A stretch of DNA of 64,000 nucleotides from the NCBI RefSeq assembly GCF_902713615.1, contig NC_052160.1, forward strand, positions 58,248,719 to 58,312,718, in the 5' to 3' direction. Made by a program: the position numbers and the translations under genes. Positions within the stretch are counted from its first letter, which is position 1; the number at the start of each line of letters is the position of its first letter. Below the pieces are notes generated by a model that did not search any database, was not told the origin of the DNA, and worked only from the letters and a program-made list of their open reading frames with translations. Origin of the DNA: Scyliorhinus canicula (lineage: Eukaryota). Below, in pieces: positions 51,236-63,041 of this stretch.

Positions 51236-51514
51236 AACTCTGGGGTTTTCAGGCTTTTTTTCCTCTGTAGCTATGGGAATGATGTAACTCTGCTGTTGAC
51301 TGTATCCTGCTATGGTGTGGATGGATCTTGTATCCGGGGAGTGAACGCGTTGGGAGATATTATCCCCGATTCATCCAGTCTCTGCTTGCAATGACTCCTG
51401 TTAAGTGCGGTACCTGTTTTGCATTGATACTTTAGGCCTTTCCCCCTTTTTCTTTTGTTTGATAATTGTTAAAACTTGAAAACTTCAATCAAATACATTT
51501 CTTAAAATGGGGTC

Positions 51515-51790
51515 AAGATGGAGAACGGTGACAGTCTAAAGCTGTTGAACTCAATGTGAGGTCTTGAGGGCTGTACCTTGCCTAATTGGAACAGGAGGGT
51601 TGCATTGGGCTTCACTGGAGCATTGCAGGAGGCCAAGGGCTGACATTTGGGAATGAGCAAGATGTTGAATTGAATTTAAAATAACAGGAAGATTGGGGTT
51701 ATGCTTGGGGACGGAGTGAGTCCCCTGGGTTCCCTCATGCTGGAAATGGCAGATGCTCAACAACTTTAGACTGCGACCTATCTCCTTCAC
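51515..51790 (-). mobile_element. Penelope-like element remnant (GIY-YIG C-terminus)
   Basis: MSALGLLQCSSEAQ then RLGT.QP and IEFNSFR across frameshifts; short inverted copy near 51755-51790. Family from recall. Confidence 0.55.
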
Positions 51791-52699
51791 CTTGAACTTT
51801 TTTTAATGCAAAACATTTGTCCCATTGCAGATCTCCCCCCCCCCCCCTTACTCTGTCTCGTGACTGACAGATCTTTGTTGCTCTTGACTGGGAGATTGTG
51901 TTTTGAAGGAAACATCAGTATAAAGGGGAATTGTTAGTAGAATTCTCAAAATAGCGCTTGGGGCGGAGACTGCTGTTTGCCATGTTAGCATGTTGCAGGC
52001 CAGTGGGTCGAAAGCTCCAGATTGAAGAATCACTCAATCGTGGTAGAGATGATATAAAAAATGGTAATACAGACAAATGCTTTCACCGGAGGAACAAATT
52101 CCATAATTGCACAGAATTCAGTCATTCAGCTAAGTAGTGCTAGAAGCCAGTGAATGCTGAGAATTGAGACTGAAGGAATAATACTCGTGTTCGCTTCCAT
52201 TGCTAGCGATACAATTGCAGTGGCAGCAATGAACTAATATTGATACAGTAGGTTTGTTTTTTTCCCTTGACAACCCCACACAACAGGCTGTATGAACGCC
52301 CATTATATCTTCTTCAGAATTTTGGGTGTTGCTATCACCTGGAATACAGCTGTTCACAGAAAGAAAACAAACAGGGCTCAATAACAGAGGAAAAAACTCT
52401 AAAGCAGGGTTTTGCAAAGTGCAGGTTGCGGCCTGCAGGTGTATGTCGTGAGGGTCACGGCATTTTCATGGTGTTCCTGATCATGGAAGAAACGCCCAAT
52501 GGCTACTAACAGCATTTTTATTGAGAATGGGCAGCCATTGCCACCTTTCAAATAAGGGAATGAGGCTCTGTGCAGTCTTCTGGCTAGCAGTGAGCAGGTC
52601 ATGCACCCTGCACATATACTTGACATCAAGCGCCTTGCATGTACATGCTTTTGGTGCTAAATCAGATGATTCTAGCTGCTAGCAATCAAGGCAAGAAGA

Positions 52700-52965
52700 C
52701 TGTGAAGATGAATGGTTTTCTTACAAGTAAGAGACAGCCAGGGTCACAAATATCCAGTGTGCCTACTGGAGAGAGCTGTCAGGGGAATCTACACAGACCA
52801 ACAGTGCTAGTGTTAGCTCTGTACAGAGCTCCAGGACCTCTGTTTAACAGCCTACAAAGAAGAAACATCACTCTGGAACAAAGCAGTATAAAGATGATTT
52901 CTGAGGTATGGTTTTGTCAATTGTGCCAATGCAAATAAGCTCACAAAGCCCATATGTGCTATATG
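52700..52965 (+). mobile_element. Possible hAT (Charlie/Buster-like) transposase N-terminal remnant
   Basis: TKQYKDDF/YGFVNCAN.../KPICAIC-like translation across frameshifts, cut off by a SINE fragment. Confidence 0.4.
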
Positions 52966-53599
52966 CAGAATGTGCAAACTCCACACGGACAGTGACCGGG
53001 ATCGAAGACGGGTCGTCGTCACTGAGGCAACAGTGCTAACTGTGCCACCATGCAGCCGTCATTCTCACTAAGATGAAGAAGGTACAAAGGAACTGGCTGA
53101 ACTCTGCACCTGATATACACAATGCCCTCTCCTCCTGTTAACCTGATTTGACTGAGTTTGTGAGGATCTTGCATTAAAGGTAAGCAAATGTGGCATGATT
53201 CACAAAGGTCTGCCGCTTGGCAAAAGTGGGTCCCTGGAAAGTTTTTTTTAAAAAACAGTTCTAAAGTGATTGAGGAACAGCAAGAATACCAGACATTAGA
53301 AATTCCCCAGCTCTACTAAAATCATGATACTTCACTGCATCTTCTGTTGTTTCATACAAGAGTAGTTCACACTAGTGCTTTTCCTGATGACCATAACTCA
53401 TTAAGAGTGTAGTGTGCATCTGAAAATATTTTTTGACTCTTTAAAATTCTTTTTTACAAGTGTTATGTTAATTTTGACATACTTCCTAAAAACCTAAATT
53501 AACACAAAAATACAGGATGGTTAGTGCGTGGTAATTTTAGAAAGACATAGCTATCAAAGCAGGCACATAGAAAAGATGTCACACAGGTGATATAAAATC

Positions 53600-53690
53600 A
53601 AAATGCTAAAAATATTCAGCAGATCAGCTGAGGACGGAGAAACAGAGTTTACATTTCAGGTCAATGACCTTTCATCAAAACTGGAACACA
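53600..53690 (-). mobile_element. Degenerate Penelope-type repeat with mutated hammerhead motif
   Basis: Minus strand agtt-TTGATGA-a-AGGTCA-t-TGACCT-GAAA-tg-TA-aact. Confidence 0.5.
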
Positions 53691-53939
53691 AAGGCTATTA
53701 ACTTAAAGTTAACTGTTACTCTACCTCAGGGCTTGACAGTCTTTTGGCTGTGATGTTGAACAGGCCCCATTTGTCTGCCCAGGCCTGCCCATTATTCCTA
53801 CCGTCTCTTTGCACTTGGCCAACATCCCAACCAGGTCAATAGTTTGTCTTCAATTCCTTGAATTTCAACTTTGGCTAACGGTCTCTTATGAGAAATTTTG
53901 CTGAAAGCCTTCTAGAAATCCAAATAAAGAACAGCCACA

Positions 53940-54170
53940 GACGTTTCCATGGCCCTATTTTGAAGAGGTGCAGGGGAATCATCCCTAATGTCTTGGTATC
54001 CGTCAGTCAACATCACAAAAACAGATCATCTGATCATTTATCACTTTTGTTTGTGAGAGTTTGCTGTGCACTTATTGGCTGCCACATTTCCTACATTAAC
54101 AAGGACTATGCTTCATTGGGTGTAAAACTCAGACATCCAGTGATCATGAAAAAAGCTCTATAAATTATCT
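53940..54170 (+). mobile_element. Deu-domain SINE remnant (SacSINE1/AmnSINE1-like)
   Basis: caacatcac.aaaacagat.atctg.tcatt...ttgctgtgc...attggctgcc..atttcctacatta matches the recalled Deu domain. Confidence 0.65.
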
Positions 54171-57100
54171 AACTTTTTTCCATAGCTGTTGTCCAACAGG
54201 AGTATTTTCCATTTTTACTTCAGATTTTTTTAGCATTCACAGTATTTTACTTTCAGTATAAACTGGTACTTTGGCATATTGATAGGTCTAGACAACAATG
54301 ATGGGTCTTTTTGAATGACTTGTCAATTAGAAACTAGTTGATGCCTCACTCCCAATACCGTGGTATGAATCTGATTGAATTTTTGAAAAGGTAACCAAAG
54401 TAGTGGATGGAAATGTCTATAGCAGTTCCTTATTTGGATTTCTAGAAGGTTTTCAGTGAAATCTCATAAGAGACCGGAGGCTACAACTCAAGAATTGAAG
54501 GCATGTTATTTTTTTTAAAATAATTTTTATTGAAAATTTTTTGCAAAATTATATAACAACAAACAGTAAAAAACAACAATAAAACAGCATAATAAGCATA
54601 ACACCCCCAAGACCGTAACAACGCATATATCGAGCCCCCCCCAAACCCGGTAAACAAGAGAACTTGAAAATAAATAAAATAAAATAAACATAGTCAACTT
54701 CCCCCTCCCTCCCTTCCCCCCCCTCCCTCCCTTTCCCCCCCCTCCCTCCCTTTCCCCCCCCCCCCCCCCAGGTTGCTGCTGCTGCTGACCTAGTTCCCTA
54801 TCGTTATAGAACATAGAACGATACAGCGCAGTACAGGCCCTTCGGCCCTCGATGTTGCACCGACATGGAAAAAAACTAAAGCCATCTAACCTACACTATG
54901 CCCTTATCATCCATATGCTTATCCAATAAACTTTTAAATGCCCTCAATGTTGGCGAGTTCACTACTGTTGCAGGTAGGGCATTCCACGGCCTCACCACTC
55001 TTTGCGTAAAAAACCCCACCTCTGACCTCTGTCCTATATCTATTACCCCTCAATTTAAGGCTATGTCCCCTTGTGCTAGCCACCCCCATCCGCGGGAGAA
55101 GGCTCTCGCTGTCCACCCTATCTAACCCTCTGATCATTTTGTATGCCTCTATTAAGTCACCTCTTAACCTTCTTCTCTCAAACGAAAACAACCTCGAGTC
55201 CATCAGCCTTTCCTCATAAGATTTTCCCTCCATACCAGGCAACATCCTGGTAAATCTCCTCTGCACCCGTTCCAAAGCTTCCACGTCCTTCCTATAATGA
55301 GGCGACCAGAACTGTACGCAATACTCCAAATGTGGCCGTACTAGAGTTTTGTACAACTGCAACATGACCTCATGGCTCCGGAACTCAATCCCTCTACCAA
55401 TAAAGGCCAACACACCATAGGCCTTCTTCACAACCCTATCAACCTGGGTGGCAACTTTCAGGGATCGATGTACATGGACACCGAGATCCCTCTGCTCATC
55501 CACACTACCAAGAATTTTACCATTAGCCAAATATTCCGCATTCCTGTTATTCTTTCCAAAGTGAATCACCTCACACTTCTCCACATTAAACTCCATTTGC
55601 CACCTCTCAGCCCAGCTCTGCAGCTTATCTATGTCCCTCTGTAACCTGCAACATCCTTCCGCACTGTCTACAACTCCACCGACTTTAGTGTCGTCTACAA
55701 ATTTACTCACCCATCCTTCTGCGCCCTCCTCTAGGTCATTTATAAAAATGACAAACAGCAACGGCCCCAGAACAGATCCTTGTGGTATGCCACTCGTAAC
55801 TGAACTCCATTCTGAACATTTCCCATCAACTACCACTCTCTGTCTTCTTTCAACTAGCCAATTTCTGATCCACATCTCTAAATCACCCTCAATCCCCAGC
55901 CTCCGTATTTTCTGCAATAGCCGACCGTAGGGAACCTTATCAAATGCTTTACTGAAATCCATATACACCACATCAACTGCTCTACCCTCGTCTACCTGTT
56001 CAGTCACCTTCTCAAAGAACTCGATAAGGTTTGTGAGGCATGACCTACCCTTCACAAAACCATGCTGACTATCCCTAATCATATTATTCCTATCTAGATG
56101 ATTATAAATCGTATCTTTTATAATCCTCTCCAAGACCTTACCCACCACAGACGTTAGGCTCACCGGCCTATAGTTACCGGGGTTATCTCTACTCCCCTTC
56201 TTGAACAAAGGGACCACATGTGCTATCCTCCAGTCCTCTGGCACTATTCCTGTAGCCAATGATGACCTAAAAATCAAAGCCAAAGGCTCAGCAATCTCTT
56301 CCTTGGCTTCCCAGAGAATCCTAGGATAAATCCCATCCGGCCCCGGGGACTTATCTATTTTCACCTTGTCCAGAATTGCCAACACTTCTTCCCTACGCAC
56401 CTCAATGCCATCTATTCTAATAGCCTGGGTCTCAGCATTCTCCTCCACAATATTATCTTTTTCTTGAGTGAATACTGACGAAAAGTATTCATTTAGTATC
56501 TCGCTTATCTCCTCAGCCTCCACACACAACTTCCCACCACTGTCCTTGACTGGCCCTACTCTTACTCTAGTCATTCTTTTATTCCTGACATACCTATAGA
56601 AAGCTTTTGGGTTTTCCTTGATCCTACCTGCCAAAGACTTCTCATGTCCCCTCCTTGCTCGTCTCAGCTCTCTCTTTAGATGCTTCCTTGTAACTATCAA
56701 GCGCCCCAACTGAAACTTCATGCCTCATCTTCACATAGGCCTCCTTCTTCCTCTTAACAAGAGATTCCACTTCTTTGGTAAACCACGGTTCCCTCGCTTG
56801 ACCCCTTCCTCCCTGCCTGACTGGTACGTACTTATCAAGAACATGCAATAGCTGTTCCTTGAACAAACTCCACATATCCAGTGTGCCCAACCCTTGCAGC
56901 CTAATTCTCCAACCAACACATCCTAAGTCATGTCTAATGGCATCATAATTGCCCTTCCCCCAGCTATAACTCTTGCCCTGCGGGGTATACTTATCCCTTT
57001 CCATCACTAACGTAAAGGTCACCGAATTGTGGTCACTGTTTCCAAAGTGCTCACCTACCTCCAGATCTAACACCTGGCCTGGTTCATTACCCAAAACCAA

Positions 57101-57356
57101 ATCCAATGTGGCCTCGCCTCTTGTTGGCCTGTCAACATATTGTGTCAGAAAACCCTCCTGCACACATTGTACAAAGAACGACCCATCTAATGTACTCGAA
57201 CTATATCTTTTCCAGTCAATATTTGGAAAGTTAAAGTCTCCCATAACAACTACCCTGTTACTTTCGCTCTTTTCCAGAATCATCTTCGCCATCCTTTCCT
57301 CTACATCCCTAGAACTATTAGGTGGCCTATAGAAAACTCCCAACAGGGTGACCTCT

Positions 57357-57586
57357 GGGGCAGCACGGTGGCCTAGTGGTTAGCACAACCGCCTCACGGC
57401 GCTGAGGTCCCAGGTTCGATCCCGGCTCTGGGTCACTGTCCGTGTGGAGTTTGCACATTCTCCCCGTGTCTGCGTGGGTTTCGCTCCCACAACCCAAAAA
57501 TGTGCAGAGTAGGTGGATTGGCCACGCTAAATTGCCCCCTAATTGGAAAAAATAATTGGGTAATCTAAATTTTAAAAAAAACAAAA
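57357..57586 (+). mobile_element. Young poly(A) V-SINE inserted in the CR1 endonuclease region
   Basis: Exact 15-bp TSD AACAGGGTGACCTCT at 57342-57356/57587-57601. Confidence 0.95.
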
Positions 57587-58429
57587 AACAGGGTGACCTC
57601 TCCTTTCCTGTTTCTAACCTCAGCCCATACTACCTCAGAAGAAGAGTCCCCATCTAGCATCCTTTCCGCCACCGTAATACTGTCCTTGACTAGCAGCGCC
57701 ACACCTCCCCCTCTTTTGCCCACTTCTCTGAGCTTACTAAAACACCTAAACCCCGGAACCTGCAACAACCATTCCTGTCCCTGCTCTATCCATGTCTCTG
57801 AAATGGCCACAACGTCGAAGTCCCAGGTACCAACCCATGCTGCCAGTTCCCCTACCTTATTTCGTATACTCCTGGCATTGAAGTAGACACACTTCAAACC
57901 ACCTACCTGAACACTGGCACCCTCCTGCGAAGTCAAATCTGTGCTCCTGACCTCTATACTCTCAATCTCCCGTACCCAAAAACTACAATCCAGGTTCCCA
58001 TGCCCCTGCTGAATTAGTTTAAACCCCCCCAAAAGCACTAACAAATCTCCCCCCCCCCAGGATATTGGTGCCCCTCAGGTTCAGATGTAGACCATCCCGT
58101 CTATAGAGGTCCCACCTTCCCCAGAAAGAGCCCCAGTTATCCAGAAATCTGAATCCCTCCCGCCTGCACCATCCCTGTAGCCACGTGTTTAATTGCTCTC
58201 TCTCCCTAGTCCTCATCTCCCTATCACGTGGCACGGGCAACAACCCAGAGATAACAACTCTGTTTGTTCTCGCTCTGAGCTTCCATCCTAGCTCCCTAAA
58301 GGCCTGCCTGACATCCTTGTCCCCTTTCCTACCTATGTCGTTAGTGCCAATGTGGACTACAACTTGGGGCTGCTCCCCCTCCCCCTTAAGGACCCGGAAA
58401 ACACGATCCGAGACATCACTTACCCTTGC

Positions 58430-58471
58430 ACCTGGGAGGCAACATACCAAACCTGGGAGGCAACATACCAA
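58430..58471. repeat. 21-bp tandem duplication in CR1 ORF1
   Basis: acctgggaggcaacataccaa x2, giving in-frame LVCCLPG x2. Confidence 0.9.
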
Positions 58472-61130
58472 ACGTGAGTCTCTCTCGCTCCCACAAAATC
58501 TCCTATCTGTGCCCCTGACTATTGAGTCCCCAATTACTAATGTTCTACTCCTTTGCCCCCTTCCCTTCTGAGCAACAGGGACAGACTCCGTGCCAGGGGC
58601 CCGTACCCCATGGCTTACCCCTGATAAGTCCCCCCGCCCACAAGTATCCAAAACGGTATACTTGTTACTCAGGGGAACGACCGCAGGGGGTCCCTGCACT
58701 GACTGCTTCTTCCCAGTCCCTCTTACAGTTACCCATCTATCTCCAGTCTTTGGTGTAACTACTTCCCTGAAGCTCCTATCTATGACCCCCTCTGCCTCCC
58801 GAATGATCCGAAGTTCAGCCAGATCGTTGAGCCAGAAAGTCGAGGAAAGGCTGCCACCGCCTAAAGAACCCTTGTACCGATCCCCTCAGGGTGAATTTGA
58901 CCTTCTCCAGAATAAAACACGCCATGTCATTGATCCAGGTCTCCACGCTTGGGGGTCTCGCATCCTTCCACTGTAGCAAGATCCTCCGCCGGGCTACTAG
59001 GGACGCAAAGGCCAAAACACCGGCCTCTCTCGCCTCCTGCACTCCCGGTTCCACCGCAACCCCAAAGCTTGCGAGTCCCCAGCTTGGCTTGACCCTGGAT
59101 CCTACCACCCTCAACACCGTCCTTGCCACCCCCTTCCAGAACTCCTCCAGTGCCGGACATGCCCAGAACATATGGGCATGGTTCGCTGGACTCCCCGAAC
59201 ACCTGACACACCTGTCTTCGCACCCAAAGAACCTACTCATCCCAGACCCGGACATGTGGGCCCGGTGCAGCACCTTGAATTGGATGAGGCTAAGCCGCGC
59301 ACATGAGGAGGAAGAGTTAACTCTCTCCAGGGCATCTGCCCATGTCCCATCCTCGATCTGCTCCCCCAGCTCCCACTCCCACTTAGCCGTTAGCTCCTCT
59401 ACTGACGCCTCCTCCACCTCCTGCATTACCTTGTAGATATATCAGGTAACCCTGAATGGAAAACCTGCCCCACCCACCCCTTCCTCAGACGAACCTGGTC
59501 CGCCACCTTCAGGTGGGTCTCCTGGAGCATAGCCACGTCAGCCTTCAGCCCCTTCAAATGAGAAAATACCCTAGCCCGCTTAACCGGCCCATTCAGCCCC
59601 CTCACGTTCCAGGTGGTCAGCCGGATCAGAGGGCACCCTGCCCCCCCCTCCCCCGCCGACTAGCCATAGCCCACCTTCCCCACGAGGACCACGGCCTCCT
59701 CCTCCCGATCAGCGGCCTGCTGCTGCAACACCTGAATGGCTGCTCCCTGGGTTGTCTGGGTCTCAAAAAGCGTGCTGGTAGTCGCCTTCAGGGAGTCCAG
59801 CAACTCAGCCTTCAGCTCCGCAAAACAGCGCAGGAGAGCAGCTTGCTGCTCCTGGGCCCACTGCCTCCAATCCTCGGGTGCTCTGCCGGCCGCCATTTTG
59901 TCCTCCTTACCCCGCTTTTTCTGGGGAGCTGCTGCCGCCTTTTTCTTTGCCCCACTCCAGGTGCGCACCATAAATTCCGGGGAATATTCCTCCAAGCACC
60001 TTCCCCCACCTGGAATCGTCAAAACAGCGCCGTTTGGGGCCCTAAAACGGGCCCGAAAGCCCTTTGATAGCGGGAGCTGCCGAACGTGCAGATTAGCTCC
60101 ACCTCACTGCAACCGGCGAAGGCATATTATTGACCTGGTTAGGACATTGGCCGAATACGAGACGACAGTAGGAATAATGGGCAGGTACTCTCACTGGCAG
60201 AATACAACAAGTGGTGTCTCACAAGGTTTGGTGTTGGGTCACTTTACCATATTAATTAACTTAGCAAATCTGTGCATGTGGCTTTCTATCCTATCATTTG
60301 AAGGACTTAAAGATGGGCGGTGCTTTAAGCAACAGAAGGAAGCTTAAAATTAAGATCAATTGATTAAGTGAATTAGTAAATCTGTGGTAAATAGATTTCA
60401 ACATAGGCAAATGGTGTAGAAGCTACAGCTACACAATGCACGTGAAGTACTGACTGAGCAGTTTAGCACCTCGCCTTGGAGAGAGAACAGGATAGATTTA
60501 CTAGAATATACCAGGTCTCCCAGAGATGAGCTACAGAGACTGAACAAACTACGGTGGCATTCTCTAGAACATAGAAGTTGATGATATTAAGGAGTAAATT
60601 GGGTGAAACTATTGCTGCTGTTGGGAGAAGTCCAGATTTAGGAGGGAATGCTCTTAAAAACTGGAGCCAGAACTTTCAGGAATGTAATTAGGAAACACTT
60701 CCTCACAAAAGATGGTAGAAATTAGGAACTCTCTCCTGCAAATTGCAATTGATGCTTGATCAATTAATTTTAAAATGGATAGCTGAAGATATTATTAAAT
60801 TAATTCAAAGATTAGCCAGGCTCTCATTAAATGGAAGAACAACAGGCTTGGGGACGACCATTCTCAGGTTGCTGTAGAGTGCTGTTATGTCCATTCAGTT
60901 CCTGCCCCCACCAGAAGGCGGCAGCAGACAATGGATAATCTCAGATCAATTTACTGTCGTGGATAAAGACAGAAGTCGTGAACAAGCATAAAAATCACCT
61001 GTGTCTGGAAACAAAACAATGAAACTTGGTAAGACAGATAAAGAGGAGCAGGATCGCCCATAAAAAACAAGACCAAATGTGAGTGGGCTGGGAGAACAGT
61101 ACGCATGAATAGAGGGAGATAATGGTCTTA

Positions 61131-61282
61131 ATAGAACATAGAGTGCAGAAGGAGGACATTCAGCCCACTTAAGCCCTCACTTCCACCCTATCCCCGTAAC
61201 CCAATAACCCCTCCGAACCTTTTTGGTCACCAAGGGCAATTTATCATGGCCAATCCACCTAACCTGCACGTCTTTGGACTGT

Positions 61283-61313
<31 letters not shown>

Positions 61314-61431
61314 ACGCAGACACGGGGAGAACGTGCAGACTCGGCACAGACAGTGACCCAGCGGGGAATCGAGCCAGGGACCCTGGCGCTGTGAAGCCAC
61401 AGTGCTATCCACTTGTGCTACCATGCTGCCC
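61131..61431 (-). mobile_element. HE1/V-SINE with CR1-type tail
   Basis: Head, V-core and tail ending ctatgttctat. Confidence 0.88.
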
Positions 61432-62079
61432 ATCTGTAAATAATTTGCAAAGCTGGAGCTAATGGATTGAATAGAATCATGGGAGCACAGAAGGTCACAA
61501 TTCGATCCATCAAACTGTGCCAGCACTTTGAAAGAGCTATTCAATTTGCCTCGCTTTTCTGGTCGTGCTGCAAACCACCTTTTCAAGTATATATCTAATT
61601 CGACGTTTGAAAGTTACTATTGAATTTCCCTTTCACCTTTCACCTACATAACTATTCTGCTTTTAAAAATAAAATCTTCCTTTCATCACCTGTTCTACCA
61701 ATTATCTTCAATCTCTGGCCCCTTGGCTACCTACCAGCGGGAGTAATGTCTCCTTATTTACTCAGCAAAACCCTTCATAATTTCAAACACCTGCATTTAA
61801 TTTCCCTTTCAGCACCTCTGCAGTAGATTGTGACTGAACAAGAACAATTAGTTTCCACCAGAAAGCATCATGACAATGTGTGTAAACCAGCCTGCAGCAA
61901 CAGAAGATGCTGAAATAAAATCCCTCCAGGCCAGGCTAACGATGGGATACCAGACGCTCGTCTGTTCCCACCACAGGTAATACGGTATTTTGCTCATCGC
62001 CCAATTCAATGGAGGATTTGTTTATCCTCAAATGCAACAAGAAACAAAATAGGAAAACGAACGTGCTTGATTAACTCAT

Positions 62080-62085
62080 TTTATT
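62080..62085 (-). terminator. Probable ARPC1B polyadenylation signal
   Basis: AATAAA on minus strand about 420 nt after the stop, followed by a T/GT-rich tract. Confidence 0.6.
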
Positions 62086-62507
62086 GTTGCAAGAATTTTA
62101 ATACAGATTTCATCTTATGACCAGCAAAGACAGCCTGAAAATAATTAAACAGCGCAGATTCTTGCTCAGTTTTCATTTTTCAGTAAAAGAAAAATCTAAT
62201 TGACAAACCCCTGAGGATAGCAACTGGGACTTGCCCAAGGCACCATATGCAGCATTCAAAAGTAGAGCACAAAGTCTTTGCAAAGCAATTCACTGAATTT
62301 GAGACTCCTGTACCTTTAAGAGTACCAGGCAATACTATAGAATATTGTTAGGTACTTGGAGTATGATAAAGGGTGATACCCATTTCAACTTTTTTTTTTA
62401 GCCTTATCAAAATTGGTCAAAATTATGTTGCGTTAAGCGAGGTGTGTGAGAAAGATTGGCAGGACAATTTAAGGACTTAAAGATTTCAAAGAGATTACTC
62501 CAGTGCT

Positions 62508-62546
62508 TCAGACAATCTTCAAACCTTTCAAATCAGCCTCCAGAGT
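62508..62546 (-). CDS. ARPC1B: ARPC1B terminal coding exon (TLEADLKGLKIV*)
   Basis: tttttcag| acceptor, phase 0, 13 codons ending TGA; resembles recalled human SLESALKDLKIK*. Confidence 0.85.
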   Translation of the reverse strand, partial: TLEADLKGLKIV

Positions 62547-62987
62547 CTGAAAAAAAAAATAATGAAACAGCTTAGTGGGGTTTTAAAAAGTATAGAGACC
62601 GTCAATGCAACTTTTTAAAATAAATATGTTTTTGTGCTGTTTTGTAACAGGCGAGGGGCACAAAGATCCCCAATTTTGACTCCCAGCGCCAGCAATGAGC
62701 AGACTCAGACTGAGTCGATCAAAGGCCAGATACCAAACAATGCTTCTACCGTTCCATTTTAAAAGCATTAGGAAAACAAATCTCAACTTCGAAGAACAGA
62801 AGGATGTTTTCAATTTCCCAAACTGGCCTCCAGCCTTGTGGTCTTTACATTTTTCCAGCTCGTGCCAAAATGGAAGTAGCTTTGGGCCGTGCACCCAGTT
62901 CCAATAGTAATTTAACACCAGGTGCCTGCAGTCCATAAAGCTGACACGGAGGAGAGATGTTTGCTACTTGAAGATGAAAGGGACCCA

Positions 62988-63006
62988 CTGCACCACCTGG
63001 TGGCCA
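62988..63006 (-). promoter_or_regulatory. Candidate CTCF site in last ARPC1B intron
   Basis: TGGCCACCAGGTGGTGCAG, close to the CTCF core consensus; motif match only. Confidence 0.45.
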
Positions 63007-63041
63007 GATGGTTGAAGTCAGCATTGTGGATTTATTTTTAA

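Larger units (their letters stand above)
54806..58822 (-). mobile_element. Young HER1-like CR1 LINE with SGNH/GDSL esterase ORF1 and EN-RT ORF2
   Basis: ORF1 LVIGDSIVRG, HIGTND, DGLHLN (58019-58699); ORF2 FNARSIRNK, PQGSVLGP, KFVDDTK; (TTCTATG)n tail; TSD ATCGTT at 54800-54805/58823-58828. Confidence 0.97.
54511..60117 (-). mobile_element. Internally deleted L1 with both termini (about 1.6 kb without nested CR1)
   Basis: 5'UTR, ORF1 N-terminus, EN N-terminus, ORF2 C-terminus and 3'UTR similar to 34422-40114; TSD GAAGGCAT(G/A)TTATT at 54497-54510/60118-60131. Confidence 0.9.
54360..60850 (+). mobile_element. Old CR1 RT fragment (54360-54510 plus 60118-60850), host of a nested stack
   Basis: NLIEF.EKVT...YLDF..GIEG before the insert and WQ..SGVSQGLVLG after it are collinear. 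Confidence 0.75.

Noticed and set aside
52130..52417. Cys-containing 95-aa minus-strand ORF with an acceptor-like ttccag
   Set aside because: No recognisable homology and no partner exons; needs RNA-seq or tblastx.
14531..54769. Long C/G homopolymers and many single-base frameshifts in L1 copies
   Set aside because: Expansions of L1 G-runs and possible sequencing indels; cannot be separated from real decay without reads.
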